Source of the DNA: Amphiscolops sp. MND2022
Taxonomy: Eukaryota
NCBI GenBank assembly: GCA_964187785.1
Contig: OZ076411.1
Coordinates: 89,652,001 to 89,716,000, forward strand
Direction: 5' to 3'
DNA: 64,000 nt
Under the pieces are notes generated by a model. It ran no database searches and was not told where the DNA came from. It saw nothing but the letters and a program-made list of their open reading frames with translations. Made by a program: the position numbers and the translations under genes. This document shows, piece by piece, positions 35,456-49,300 of the stretch; position 1 is the stretch's first letter; each line of letters opens with the position of its first letter.

Positions 35456-38400
35456 TACGTAATTAGAGAAAGTGTACCGTAGTCACTTACTGCATTTAGA
35501 TCACTGCGCGTAACGCCAAATCACAAAATGTAACAAGCAGCTAAACACGTAACGCGTATTTGAAATAATAACACGTTTTTGTTGGCTGTTAATGGAACGA
35601 GCAAGATAGATCTTGCTAGTTCGTTGTACAATGTCGCAAACGCTATTCGACAATCGTAAAATGTATAGATATATTTTTAAAAGTGTCATTTTATTTCAGA
35701 GGATCATTGTATGAAATAAATGTTTTATTGACATTCTTTCTACAAATAGAGGCTTCTATATGATCCTCTATTCTCAGTAATTGGACGAGCAACTTGTGCA
35801 ATCTACAAGATCCTGCAAACAAGGAATCTCTACCCCTTTCCCGTTAGCTCGTTCCGTTGCATCTTATTCCCATCAAAGCCTGAACGGAATGGGAACTACA
35901 TTTGTCTCGCTCATGAATAACACCTTGTAGTATCACGTGCTTCAAACGTATTCTTTTTTATGTCCTTAAAGTATCACGTGTCGTGTACTTCAAACCCGTT
36001 CACATATCTATCTTGGTAGAATCAGGTCTCGTTCGGTCCAAGCAGAAACTCAACGAGTGAACGTGTCCACCAGCCATGGTGGTGCTCAGTTGCCCCATTG
36101 AAGGGTGTACCTACGCCACGGGGGATATTGAAGCGACTCGAGCTATCACACTTTTCACGGTGCACGGGTATTCACTTGCCCCCGACGCCTGTCAACAGGC
36201 CAAACCCGAAAAATTGTCTCGCCCAAAAGTGTCTAAAGAAAGCACGAGTGAAGACTGGGAATACTTCATCACCAGGTGGGACGCCAACAAGAAAGTCACA
36301 CGCACAGTTGACCACGATGCCACCTTAAAGCTCCTCGAATGTTGTGAAAAACTGTCTACGCAAGGATCTCCACCGCTCCCACTCAAACATCGCCATGGCA
36401 ACCGAGAAAGATGCTCTGGCTGCAATCAAGACTCTAGCCGTGAAGGCTGAGAACGCCATGGTGAGCAGGATGATCCTCTAGACAGGGACACGGGACAGAG
36501 AGGAGGGTGTTAGCAGTTTTGCCGCTCGCCTACGAGGTCAAGCTAAGGTCTGCAAGTTTCCGAAAAACTGCCCTCATAACCCAATAGAAGCAGTCAATTA
36601 CACCGACGACATGGTCCGCGACGCTCTCATTAGAGGACTTGGCGACAGCGACATCCTGTAAGATGTACTGGGACATAACGACCAGGACATGACCCTTGAG
36701 CAAACGATCAAGTTTATAGAGGCCAAGGAAGCTGGTAAACGATCACAAGCAACTCTCAAGAACCCGAGTGCTGCGACAGTATCCTCGTATAAACAGGCGG
36801 ACCAAGACCAAAACGTAGTCAAATGCCGAAATTGTGGAAGACCAGGCCATGATGATGGCCGCGAGACACAGGCTAGGAAGGAGAAGTGCAAAGCCTGGGA
36901 CAAAATTGGATCCCAAAAGGATCGGTGGAAAAGATAAACACAAAAGGACCGTTGGAAACACAACGAAGTATGTGGATGAATCCAACACTGTCTTTCACAA
37001 ATTGTGCAACATATCGGTAGCCTGCACGGTCACCTCTCATAAACCCGGTCAACGGGCGGTCGTCCTTGACCACCACATTCTCGACGTCAAAAACGGCTGG
37101 ATCACGAGACGGTCGCCGCCCCAACCAACAGTTTTTGTCATAGCCCGCGCTCACACAAAAGACTATGGGAAGCTGGGGTACCGCCTTCACAAAAGGACAC
37201 GCCAGATATCACAACATGACAGCTGATACTGGTTGTCAATCTGTTTTAGTTGGGATCAAAATCATCCACAGACTGGGTTTCAAAAAATCGGACCTCATAC
37301 CCGTGAAAACAAAAATGTCGGCGGTGAATCGTGACGTCATCCCAATTTTAGGGGCTATTATCCAACGACTGTCCCGAAAATCGGGGTCTGGCAAAGTAAT
37401 AGAGACTGCACAAAAATATGCTATGTGATTGACGTTATAGTAGGTGCATACTTTAGTCAGGAAGCCTCTACAACACTGGGAATCATCCCAAGCGACTTCC
37501 CGCGAATCGGATCAGCCACTCAACAACCCATGTCAGTCAGTTCAGCTGCAGCAAGCCCACGCGACGAGGAGTGCGACTGCTCCTGCCCCATTCGCACCCA
37601 GCCGCCATCATAACCAACTGCATTACCATTCCCAGCAACTTTCGCAAATCGAGCCGCTCTACAGAATTGGATACTAGACAGATACAGATCCAGCACTTTC
37701 AACACTTGCGAATGCCAAACACTCACACTGAGTCCCGATCGCAGTCCACAAACCCATTGCAGTCCCTCTACACTGGCAACAGGAAGTGAAGGCGTCTATC
37801 GACAGAGATTCCAAACTCGGGGTTCTGGAGGCTGTCCCAGTTGGAGAAACAGTTACCTGGTGCCATCAAACGGTCACGGCTCGGAAAAAAACGGCAAGCC
37901 ACGACGCACAGTGGACATGCTGTCCGTGAAACACATCACACTCAATCCCCGTATCACCAGGCGACGCTGGTACCTTCAGGGACCACGAAGACGATTACCG
38001 ATGCTTGGAACGGGTGTCACAGTGTGCCAATCCGAGAAGAAGATCGCCACCTCACCAATTTCATCACGCCATGGGGTCGGAACCGATACAAAACTTGTCC
38101 ACAGGGCTACGCTAGTTCACAGGACGGTTACACCAGAAAATTCGACGAGATGGTCAATGACTTCCCCAACAGAAGCAAATGCATCAAAGACACATGCTTA
38201 TGGGCAGACACTCTCGAAGAGAGTTTCTTTCAACCGTGTCGCTGGCTAGACGTTGGCGGTCGACTCGGAATTGTTCAGAATCCCAAAAACATTGTATTTG
38301 GCTCCGACGCGGTGGAAGTTGCTGGTTTCGTCATCACTCCGACCGTCATCTCTCTGGCGCCTTTCCGCGAGCTTCTCAAGCCATCGTCAACGTTCTATTG

Positions 38401-39251
38401 GGATGATCAGCTGCAACAAGTTTTTGAGCAATCCAAGGCTGCTATATTGAACAAAATCACCGAGGGTGTCTGGATAATCGACTCCAAACGCGTCACATGT
38501 TTGCCACAGATTGGTCCAAGAAAAGCATCGGTTTCTGGCTCTTGCAGAAGTACTGCACCTGTGAGGTCATCACTCCTATCTGTTGCTCAACGGGATGGAA
38601 AATAGTGTTCGCTAGTAGCAGGTTCCCACACCCAGCAGAATCAAGAAAAGCTCCTATTGAAGGAGAAGAATTGGCTGTTGTTTATGGATTGGAGTCCGGC
38701 CGTCACTTCGTACTCGGTTGCGACAACTTAGTGGTAGCTACTGACCACAAGCCGCTACTCGGGGTTCTCAACAACCGACACCTCGGCGATTTCAAGAATG
38801 AAAGACTATTGTCACTCAAGGAGAAGACGCTACCATACCGGTTCTCTATAATTCATATACCCGGCGAGAAACAAAAGGCGACGGATGCAAACTCAAGGAA
38901 ACCCACTGGTAATGCTTCCTTAGGATAGTGATTTCGAGGAGTCGGACTCCATCGCTTGTATTGAACCGCGTCTCCGCGATTCTGAGGCCACCATGACGTG
39001 TGAACCCGACACATCAATTGATCCGGAAGAAAAGCTTGCCGTTGCTGCGGCCACCAATCTCGGCGACATTCGCGCCGTTACATGGGCCGAGGTCCGAGAA
39101 CACACCCTACGCGATGACGATCTTCAAAATCCCAAAAAAAAGATCGAAGACGGTTTCCAGGGCATTACCTCATGATTGGATCTTGCCTCGGGTATACGAG
39201 ACTTCTTCCAATTCAAGGATGGACTCAGCACAGTGGATGGAGTGATTGTAT

Positions 39252-39464
39252 CCCGGCCAAAAGACACTAGATTCAGCCCAGGAAGTCATGCAGGTGACAC
39301 CTTGATGAGCAGAATGCAGTGTGCCTTTGATTAGTGCTCTCAGTGGTGATGGGATATGTTATCCCATCACCACTGAGAGCACTAATCATAGGCACACTGC
39401 ATTCTGCTCATCAAGGTGTCACCTGCATGACTTCCTGGGCTGAATCTAGTGTCTTTTGGCCGGG
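39252..39464. repeat. Palindrome with 105-bp arms, 3-nt loop and one mismatch
   Basis: 39252-39356 is the reverse complement of 39360-39464; the right arm is the integrase coding strand. Confidence 0.95.
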
Positions 39465-40266
39465 CATTACGCCGGCTATTGCCAACTTGAGAGCTCGGTG
39501 CTGGTCATGCAACGAGCGTGCGCCTAGTCAACCTCATGGCCCTTCGCTCGCGGCTCAGGCACCAGTTTACTCCTTCCAGTGCACCTGTGCGGATTACTTC
39601 GAGGACAAGTGCTGCAATTACATGGGGGTTGTGGACCGCTACTCTGGTTGGCCGATTGTGCAGCAATCACGAGTTGGTTCTTTGGGTCTTGTTAATTGCC
39701 TTCGCGAAGTTTTCGTCACATACGGCATTGCAGACGAAGTATCGTCAGATGGCGGACCTGAATTCACAGCCGAGGCGACACAACAACTGCTGTCAAACTG
39801 GTGTGTCCATCACCGCCTCTCATCTGTTGCGCTTACCCATTCCAACGGTCGCGCCGAGCTCGGGGTCGAGACCTGCAAGCGCATGTTCATGGACAACACA
39901 GGTCCGAACGGCGAGATCAACCTCGACAAATTTCAAAGAGGCATGCTTCGATACCGCAACACCCCTGACCGCGATGCCGGTTTGTCCCCAGCACAAATGA
40001 TCTCTGGAAGAACCATAAAGGACTTCATCCCCATTCTGCCTGGTTCAAATTGACCTCACAACAACTGGATAGAAACATGACGGGCCAGGAAAGAAGCAAT
40101 GCGTGCTAGAAATGTCTGAAATGCTGAACGCCTCACCGAACGCACGGTACGGTTACAACCCCTTAAAGTCGGCATCTTGGTCTTTATCCAGAACCAGACT
40201 GGTAACCATCCACTGCGATGGGATCGAACCGGCTTAGTGATCGAGGTGAAACAGTTCGACCAGTAC

Positions 40267-40479
40267 CATTGCAGTGCATAGGCAAGCTATTTTGTGCTTG
40301 TCGTGGAATCCGGGACACGAAAATTCCGCTGCTTGTCCGTGGAATGCTTGTTTGTGGAATCCGGGACTTACGACGTAATTTGCCAATTTTGCACAGTTAA
40401 AGGTATGGTCGTGGAATCCGAGGTATTGAAAGCACAAATTGCGCTTTGAGCAAATTAAGCTTGCCTATGCACTCTAATG
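40267..40479. mobile_element. ~210-bp MITE-like insertion in the integrase C-terminus
   Basis: 15-bp TIR core GTGCATAGGCAAGCT (40274-88) / AGCTTGCCTATGCAC (40458-72); interrupts FDQY|AVRVDG; internal GTGGAATCCG repeats. Confidence 0.75.
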
Positions 40480-43400
40480 ACGCCGTCAGAGTTGATGGAT
40501 CGGACAGTTACTCTCAGGAATCGGAAATTTCTACGGAATTTCGACAAATTCCTTGTAGACCACATACTTGGTACAACCCACACCATCCAACTTTTGAAAA
40601 CTCCCAACAACGCCGCGATTCTGTCTCCGGTGAATCAACGAACTAACCCAGAACAGGCAAAAGACCCAGCTACAGCAAGGCCGCAAACACCGCAACCGGA
40701 AACAAAGCGTCAAGTTCTGACCGGTGCACAGTTTACACAACGCCTCTCAGAGACGCCGGCAGTTACAATTAAAGCCCCACTCAAGTTCAAGTGCCCTCCA
40801 AATGAGTCCCTCGGAGATGAGAACGAGCCTTTGCTGGACACAGATATCATGCCCCACATCCTTTCTGCTGAATCACCCGACAAGGAGTCCAAATGTTGTG
40901 ATAAACTTAATGCACCGGGTCACCCAACGAGTCACCCCTAGCAACGACTCCCCCGGATAACCCACAGACTCCCCCCAGACGGTCCCAGAGAGAAAAGCGT
41001 CCCCATGTGAGACTTTGGGACTATATTCGATTCTGACAGTCCTCCCCGATATACTACGACCAGTTCGGACTGGAGGATGGGGGGGATGTACAATGTCGCA
41101 AACTCTATAATAACAGATCGTAAAATGTATAGATATATTTTTAAAAGTGTCATTATATTTCACAGGATCATTGTATGAAATACATGATTTATTGACACTG
41201 TTTCTACAAATAGAGGTTTCTACACAAAATAGATCTTGCTAGTTCGTTGCGACATATGCATCGTGTAATTTCACTCTGAGAACTCTATTTTGTTTAGATG
41301 GAGTTCAATGTATTTTGAATAAAGTTAGCATACTTTTTTTTTATTTGCGCAATTGTCGAATTCGGAGACGTTCAAGCTCTCAATAAAGTGATGACGAGCA
41401 TCATAGTTGTGATTCCTTATTCACAGACCAGCATTTACTATGCGATTTGGTGTTTCTTAAGATGAAGTAGTCCTTCACTTGCCGATCTTTCCAAATTTCG
41501 CTCTGCATCTTGTAGCGTATCGACACCATGCATTGGATTTGCTGACGAGCCCCCCTTTGGTACGAGCTACATTTTTTCGATCATGACTTCAAAATTAACA
41601 TTTTGACTTCTCTGTTCAGAAATTCGAAAACTTTGTCTGAATGAACTTCGAACATTGCGTCGCGTGCTTACCGCTTTGATTGAAAAGAAACTTCTGACGG
41701 GGAAAATTGTAACTTCGACCAGCGTGGTGAGCAAACAACATAAAAATTGGCCAAATTGGCAGGTACGTAAAATCAGTCGAGAAGACGTACAAGAAGACCG
41801 CCACCCCCAGAGTGCCTCGTCACTCACCCGTGAACATCAAAACACCTCTAAAACCTATCCAGACGTACGTTGACAACCGGAAAAACAGGAAAACAGACAA
41901 AAACCCAAGGATGTATATGTCTGAAGTACAATTGAAATTAGATCCAAAATGGAACTGATTTTATATTTTGGTTTTATTGCAGGTCGTATGAGTGAGAATA
42001 TGTTTTGATCAACCAAACGTTTAAGGTGTTCTTCGATGAAATGCTAGTGAAGAGCGATGGATGAGATGTGCTCTGTGTTGTTCAAATTTTCATGCAGAAG
42101 AGTAAATAGTTGTAGTTTCCGTTTTGTTCAGTGTAATTCCGTTTTGTTTCCGAAATGGTTAATATAAATGGAGGACATAAGCTAATAGAAGAATTGAATT
42201 GAAAACATTGATTAATGACGAAAAGTGTCAGAATTAGCATATTTTAGTAAGAAATTGGACATCAATTTTACTATAAAATATATCCTTTTTGTCTAATGCT
42301 AGGAATATTTGGCTGATAAACATCATCATGTCAGAGGGAGAATATTGGATTAGGCTGGTTAGTGCGAAATTGGAGAAGGACAAAATGTTATTCACTTATA
42401 ATCCTTGACGTATCAGTAAATAACACGTGTTGAGATTTACAAAACTTCAAAATTTTGCAATTTGAAAAGCCACAAATGGGTACCTAGGAAGATTCAGAGT
42501 GAGAGGTGCGAAAAAGTTTGACAAGTATGGATGAAAATTGTACAACAGAGGAGTGAGGATAAGGTTATAAGATGATTTTGGAAAAATCGTAGATTCAAAT
42601 TTACTAATTTTTTTCCAAGAAACAGGTAATATGAACATTAGAAATTGTGAGTGTTTGAATGTGGAAGGAGAGTGAAAGGATTCCATAAACAATGGGTCAG
42701 TTGGGTAGACAAAAGCATTAATGCAAACAGTGGGATTTACAGTTTGGAGTACATATGCAGAGGGTGCATTTTGAGTAACGTTTCGAGAAGGTTCAGACGA
42801 GATATGGAGGTAAATAGTTGAGGTTATGTTTAGGTTAAGCATTTTGCTTCTCCTCGATTATAGTAGTTGTGGTGGCAAACTTTTTGTATTGTTTTTTGAT
42901 TTCAACAGAGGAGACTTTTGCTACAATAAATTTGAGTTGAGCAAGAGAATAGTGTTCATGTACACGAGAGGTATAGATAGAACGAGCATAGTCATAGAGA
43001 GGAGTTTCGCTTGATATTGGGAAGAAATGATTAACATGATTGGGAATATTTGAAGGCAAGAGGAAATCCTCATCAAGATTAAGGGCTTCTTCTGGGACAA
43101 AAGGAGGACGGGTTGCATTCTGATAAGGACTGAGAATATACTACTAATCAACAGGATCATAGCTTCGTATTGTAGTAATCAGAGTGGTGATAATGATAAG
43201 AAGAAGATGTGAATTTATTTATCATTTCAGAAAACAATTTTTGGGGTTGGTTTTCTTTGAGAAGAAGTTTGTTAGTTCTGTCATGAATCATTTTTTTGTT
43301 TGCCAGAGTCGAGTTAAATGTTTCAATGGTTTGGACGCAACAGAGTGATCATAATGGCGATCCGCAGAGATAGGAAAAATGTAGGAAGTAGGAGTCGTAG

Positions 43401-44999
43401 TTAAGTATGGGAGGTTTGCTTTAAAATGTCAATGAGATTTGAAAAATTCATACGTCATTTTTTTGGAGTTTGAAGGCGTGTTGGTTGGAAAGAGAGTTGG
43501 GGGCAAAAATGTAGGGTGAATGAAAATAGGATAATTTAGCATCTAATATTCCTGCTTTTGAAGTATAACATCATTATCAATGGTTACTCGAAGATTAGTG
43601 GGAGGAAGAGTTGGTGAGTGAGGAGTTTTAAGAGTAGAATATTTTTTGAAGTAGTGGTTGAAATTGTTGTTAAGGAGGAGTACACGATGAAGAACATTAG
43701 TGTTTAGTATCAGAGATAGGAGTGATCAGAGTATCAGAAATCTGATTGTTATGGGTTGACCTTGAGTATTCGGAAATGTTGTGGGAAATTCCAAAGACAT
43801 CGGATTTGAGAGAAAGAGCAGAGAGAGAGAGAGAGTAATAAGTGAATAGTAGTACAACTGACTGGTATTTAGAGCGAGGAACTGTATTGGAGTGAAAACA
43901 AATTGAAAGTGAATAAAAAGTTTTTCACATTGAAAGCGGCAGGAAGAATAAAAGTTGGGTTGACTTTCAGGTGGGTGATTAATACTTGCATTGACAGGTG
44001 TTAATGGTATATCAATAAATTTGAGTGGTGGTGGTGTAGGGGGATATTAATTGGTTGATTGCCATACATTGTGTAACGTCGAAATATTAGGCGTAGTGTC
44101 AAAAGTAGTGTCATATCTGTTAATAAAAGAATTCAAATTAGGATGTGATTTTAACATTGACAATTGGGATTGTATAGGTGAAATTGTATTGCAATTTCTA
44201 TTCGTAGGAGGAATTGAATTATCTTCAATCGGTGGTCAAAAGGGGAGGGTTGACAGCTAATGCGGGATATGTGGAGAAGCATTATTAGGTAGGGTTAAGG
44301 TAGATAGCCGGGGGGATTCTATTTACATTTAGGGATCAATCCATGGGTATTCAAAATTTATAATTTTGAAAACGTGGTTTTTAAACTTCCTTTTGATTGA
44401 AAATTAGGAGGGCAACCTGAATTGTCATCAAAGTCAGATTCTACAGATTGAATCATTGCTTTGGTTGCGTTTTGCATTAAAAGATCGATGTAAGCTTAGG
44501 AGTGCATGAAAGAGGAACGAAATGAAGAGTGCAGTGGAGAAATAGTTCCGCATAGGTTTGAAGTACAACATGATTAACAAAGAGTCTACTGAATGCATCA
44601 GCAAACTTTCATGCGTAAGAAGGGTTAGGTTTAACAGATAGTCATGAAGACCATTTCTTAATGATTTATACGAGTTGATGGGACTAAATTTAGCAAGAGT
44701 TTTTACTCATAAATTTTTAGGTAATGGCTTTCCCGAGGAGTTGGAGTTGTAAAGTGTTATCGAAGTCTTCAGCAAGAAGAATCCAATTCGAAAAGGTTTT
44801 GAGTTTTTTTGAGAATAAATGCCTTTTCTTGAGCAGTAAAAGTGTTCGTGCTATAAGTAGTTTCAGTTTGTTTTGAGTTCGTGCTGATAGTAGTTTGAGT
44901 TCAAGTAACTGTGGAGAGTCTTTTCTAATACGTTCATGAGTGGGAACATAATTTTGATCAGTATCAGTATCAGTATTTTGCTAATTGGTTTCACAACGA

Positions 45000-46375
45000 A
45001 TTTGGTTACCATATTCAAACTTGTGTCTTGTCCTAGGGTCAACATACATGACAGTTTCACAATAGTTGACAGGAATTTCATCATAATATTGTCCGGATGT
45101 ATACAGTGATGAAAAGTGGTGAGGTCAATCATAGAGCCACGCAGTATAGCCTTTCACATGAAAAACTTTACTAATAGTTTGAGTGACGAGAAACCAGCTA
45201 GTTGTGGCTTTTTAACAGAGTAATACGTGGTTTGTAGAAGAATCAGTTTATAAATTCATGGGTGCTTCATAGTAATAGTTGCGAAGTTGTCAGCAGAATT
45301 TAATGCAGGAAAGCGGATCTTAATTTTTTTTCGTTTGGAACGAGATTCCCACTAAGAAGTTGAGTTGAAAGTTCTGAAATTGATCTTGTGGTGAAAGGTA
45401 TGATATTTTTAGGTTATGAATATGTTACGGTATTGTGTTGAAAAAGAAGGTGTGTGTTCATTGCAAAGTAATTTCTGTTCAATAAAAACTTCAAAACGAG
45501 AGAAACGTGTGTGAAATTTACAGCCATGATGAGGAGTTTCATGAAGAGAATAGGACTGGTAAAGAAGTGTTCGGTTTCAAGCCAATAGGCGGTTTCTAAC
45601 TTTTGAAGTTCTGCTGATAAAGGTCTGTATGGAAAAAATTAGACAAAAACCTTCAGTAAACCAAACCATGCTGTAAGGTGTGAAGGGGGTAGTTTTTCAC
45701 AAAAAACATCATTATGGAGGTAAGGCAAAGTGTGTCCATTTTTAAAACCATCATATGTGGATTCAGTTCCTTTAACAAGGAGAGACCAACTATCTTTTTT
45801 TATTCTATGTATTCATTGCGATCTCAGCATAGACCTTTGAAAGTTGCATTTTGAACAAGTGGGGAATTGGTAATCAAGGCAAAAACACCATATTGAGTTT
45901 AGTGAGATGGTTCAGTTTAGAGGAGGCGTTGTTTTCAAAAATCATCAATGAAAGTAAAGGAGCTACAATAGTCGAAAGCACTCAGTTGAGGGTTGTCTGT
46001 ACAAGTGAGGTGTCTGATTACATATTAACATTTTGTAGAAGCTAACGTACGGGGCATTTCATTTTACCTTCATGGTAGTCTGATCGATCATGACGACGAT
46101 CTTTACAGTCTGATTGAGTACAGACACATTTTTCACGTTTCACATAAGCTTGGCAAGTCATTGTTTTGAGTCGTGTTGCCTTTGCACGGACAAAAACATC
46201 ACCAATACCGCGAGATTTTTCTAATGAAGAAAGACTTGAGCATAAGGTTGTGCTTGTTAAACTAAATTGACGGAAATTGTGTTGCTTAGAACAATCATAA
46301 TGAAATATAAGTAAAGGAAAAATTTGTTTCCATAAAGGTTCTACTATATCATTTTCTCTATAGCCAGGGCGGAGC
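45000..46375 (-). pseudogene. env-like glycoprotein remnant
   Basis: Open stretch ~46374-46045: ...FPLLIFHYDCSKQHNFRQFSLTSTTLC...VFVRAKATRLKTMTCQAYVKREKCVC...; further pieces TPFTPYSMVWFTE, YWLET, LSRFEVF...C; position 3' of integrase is the env position. Confidence 0.45.
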
Positions 46376-49300
46376 TATTTTCTCTGAGCTATAACCCCTA
46401 AGACAGGGTTGAAGGTAAAAGAATTTGAGTGGTTAATATTACGGGAAGGATATTCAATGATGATGATGATTAAGACATGATATGGTGGTTAAAGAGAAAA
46501 GTTTAAATCTCGCAATAATTTTCAAGCGTGTGATTGTATTGAGGAGTGTTATAAAACCGTGTAAAAGTCTCAATGACGGAAAATCACTTACAAAGAGATG
46601 CATTCTTGTAAAGACGTACGGGTGGGGTAGTTATCTAAGTTTCACTGTGATATGTGAGGGAATTGGATTTCGGCTTTTTTTTATGAAATCACCGGTGATT
46701 ATGATTTTGTGTTGTAAATTAGGGTTGTTGAATCGTTGAAATTTCTCTCGACGACGTTCTTCAGAAGTAGTATTATGAGGTTTAGTTTATGAACAGCGAG
46801 GAAATAACTTTAAGATCCTCACGAGGAATAGTAAAAAGGGCATCATTATTAATTATTTGATAGTCAATTCTGTAAGGAATTGGAGGTGTTGAATATTGGT
46901 CAGTATCTACTAAAATATTTAGCATGCGGATATCAGAGGATAGTAGGCTATGAATTTGGGAGGAAGCACCAGAGAATAAATGTCCGGTTGTAGTATATGA
47001 GGATAACGAAGAACTTCGAGAGAAAACTTTATCGACACTGTGGAGGTGGATTGGGTTTGTTGTCTAAGAAGATTAGAGATTGTACTTGCTAAAGAAGGAA
47101 GAGAATGAGCTTTAAGGATTCGATTAGATTAAAATTTATATTTTTGTATAAAAGGAACAAAATTTGTAGAATCGGAAAAAGTATCGAGAAAATGTAGTGT
47201 TTTGAGGCCGAGTTACAAGGAGGTAAACGAAGATTAGGAAGTGAGAAACGACGAGGAGTCAACTTCACTCAAGAAAGCCTTCTCACTATTTTTTTTTACA
47301 AAAATTCTCTAACAGGCTTCGCAGGAGGTTTTGATGCAAGGAGAGAAGATTTACTTTAAGAATGTCAGCCACGTGTTGTGGTAGAGGTAGGTACAGGTAT
47401 GGACTTGAGTATGTGAGGTTTGTTAATATTACGGAGTGGAGAACGATCAATGTCACAAGGGTGTGGAACTTGATGTTAACTAGGAGGGTGAGTAAGTCAC
47501 GGAGTGATATCAAAAGGTGTTCCGTTTAAATCAGTGCCAGAGAAAGGGGTTTGTTGAATGTTAGGTTGTGATTGTTCAAAATCTGTTATAGTAGTGGATT
47601 TTGATGAGTACGTAGGAGTTTTTTCTAGAGAAGGGTTCATATTTATAAAATTCAAAGGAGAGCGATTTAGAATAAGAGATGGATTTGAGGAAAATTCTAC
47701 ACTTTGAGTTGAAATAGAAGAAGACACAGACGATGATGTATATGTAAAATTCAACGATGCTTGAATATCAGAATACGGCGTGGAAGCATAGACTGTTTTT
47801 TATATGTAGCAATACTGTAAAACCAAGATTGTTTATTGGATTTGAGAGGCAACTGATCATCAATGAAGTCCGATACGGTATGGTTTCGTGATGATATGCC
47901 CAGTAACTAAATTGTTCGATAGCAGTCTAGAAATAGAAGAAAGAATTAGTCTGGTCAGAAGCAGTTGTTCAGTTAGTGAGCACGGTAATCCAGCAGTGAC
48001 AAACTCAATTTTAAGGGGGAAAGCTAATATGATGAAGTCTTTGTAGATTTTTTGTAGAAGGGGGCGTAACTTACCAGGTGATTGAGGTGCATCAATTCGG
48101 GTGTAGAATGATGTATTATTATCTGAAGTAGCAGCAGATTCGGGTGTGTCAATAACGGGCGGAAATTTTTTTGCGAAAGGTGGATGTCGAGGAAGTGAAA
48201 ATGTAAATGTAGTAAGGATTTGTGTGCATTTCAAGTTTTGAGTCAGAATTGGAAACATCATTTTTATCAAGGTCGGAATCAACGAAACCTTACTGTAGAA
48301 GAGAAAAAAGTTCGATATCGAATACTTGTTTCAAGCGAAAATATAGTTTCAAATGAACTGGAAAAAGAGTTTTGATAAGACTCAAGACCAGGGGTTTTGA
48401 TGAGAGATGGTGTTGAATGGCCTCGACAAACACATGGGGAAATACAAGGTTCTTTGGTAGATAGTAGCGTGTAATGTGATTACGGTTAGTATGAAATGTA
48501 GAGTCCCCTTGTGTCGTTAGTTCATATGTGACATCAGAGAGATGTTTGAGACTCTTGAAAAGGTGTGAAAAGGAGATGTTCAGTAATTAAGAGAAATCAA
48601 CAGGTTTGAAATTTCTGTGGATAACAAGCGAGTTAATAGGGAGTTATTTTGAATGAATAGTTCGAAATGCAGAGGTATGTGAACCAAATTTTTTGAGAAT
48701 GTTACAGTGGATGGTATGTGTATTCGTTTGTAAGTGTTACAAATGTACAAAAATGTAAGTGGTATTTCGAGAAGAATGTGAAGTAGGTACTTTAGTGTTC
48801 ATGTAAATTCGATGGGTAAAGTGAGGAATTCATTTCCATTTATTGGTAGACGAGTAGAAAAATTGTGAGGTTTGATAGTGAGGTGTTTATTCGTTTGACT
48901 TTCAAGGCAGTCAATGATCAAAAATTAAAAATCATAGTGGTGAATGGGGATTATAGCAAATTTGATTGAAAAATTTTTAAAACGTTTTTCATGAGAACGA
49001 CCATGAGTATGGGTTTTGTCAAAAGCGGCAGAAAAGAATTTGAAAGGAAGACAAATTCGAGTTTGATTTATGGCGGTTAAAATTTTTTGAGTAGTTTTAT
49101 TAAATATACAGTAATTTGTAGTTTAATATTGTATGAGGTGAGAGGTAGGATCAAATTATAGGTGTTGAAATATGTATAAAGAAAAGAGTTGCTTTTGTTA
49201 ACGGGATAAAGAAGAGGTTTTCTTTCATTCCTTTCGTAACCATATAAACACAGTAGAGAGAACGGGGTCATCTTTTTGAGCGTGTCACGAAATAGGCGAA

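Larger units (their letters stand above)
36076..40560 (+). pseudogene. gag-pol of the Mag-like element
   Basis: Gag start SCPIEGC..., WEYFITRW, CRNCGRPGH; protease ADTGCQS; RT FITPWGR...PQGY; RNase H TDWS...TDHKPL; integrase HSAHQG...C, SDGGPEF, SNGRAE; C-terminal VRVDGS..VTLRNRKFL. Confidence 0.85.
35625..41225 (+). mobile_element. Mag-like Ty3/Gypsy LTR retrotransposon, degenerate; 3' LTR truncated after ~135 bp
   Basis: LTR starts TGTACAATGTCGCAAAC at 35625 and 41087; PPT GGAGGATGGGGGGGA before 41087; PBS-like TGGTAG at 36014; gag-PR-RT-RH-IN fragments between. Confidence 0.9.

Noticed and set aside
40295-40420. GTGGAATCCG repeats as a CRISPR-like array
   Set aside because: Repeats are only 10-15 bp, irregularly spaced, enclosed by TIRs, in a eukaryotic context with no cas genes.
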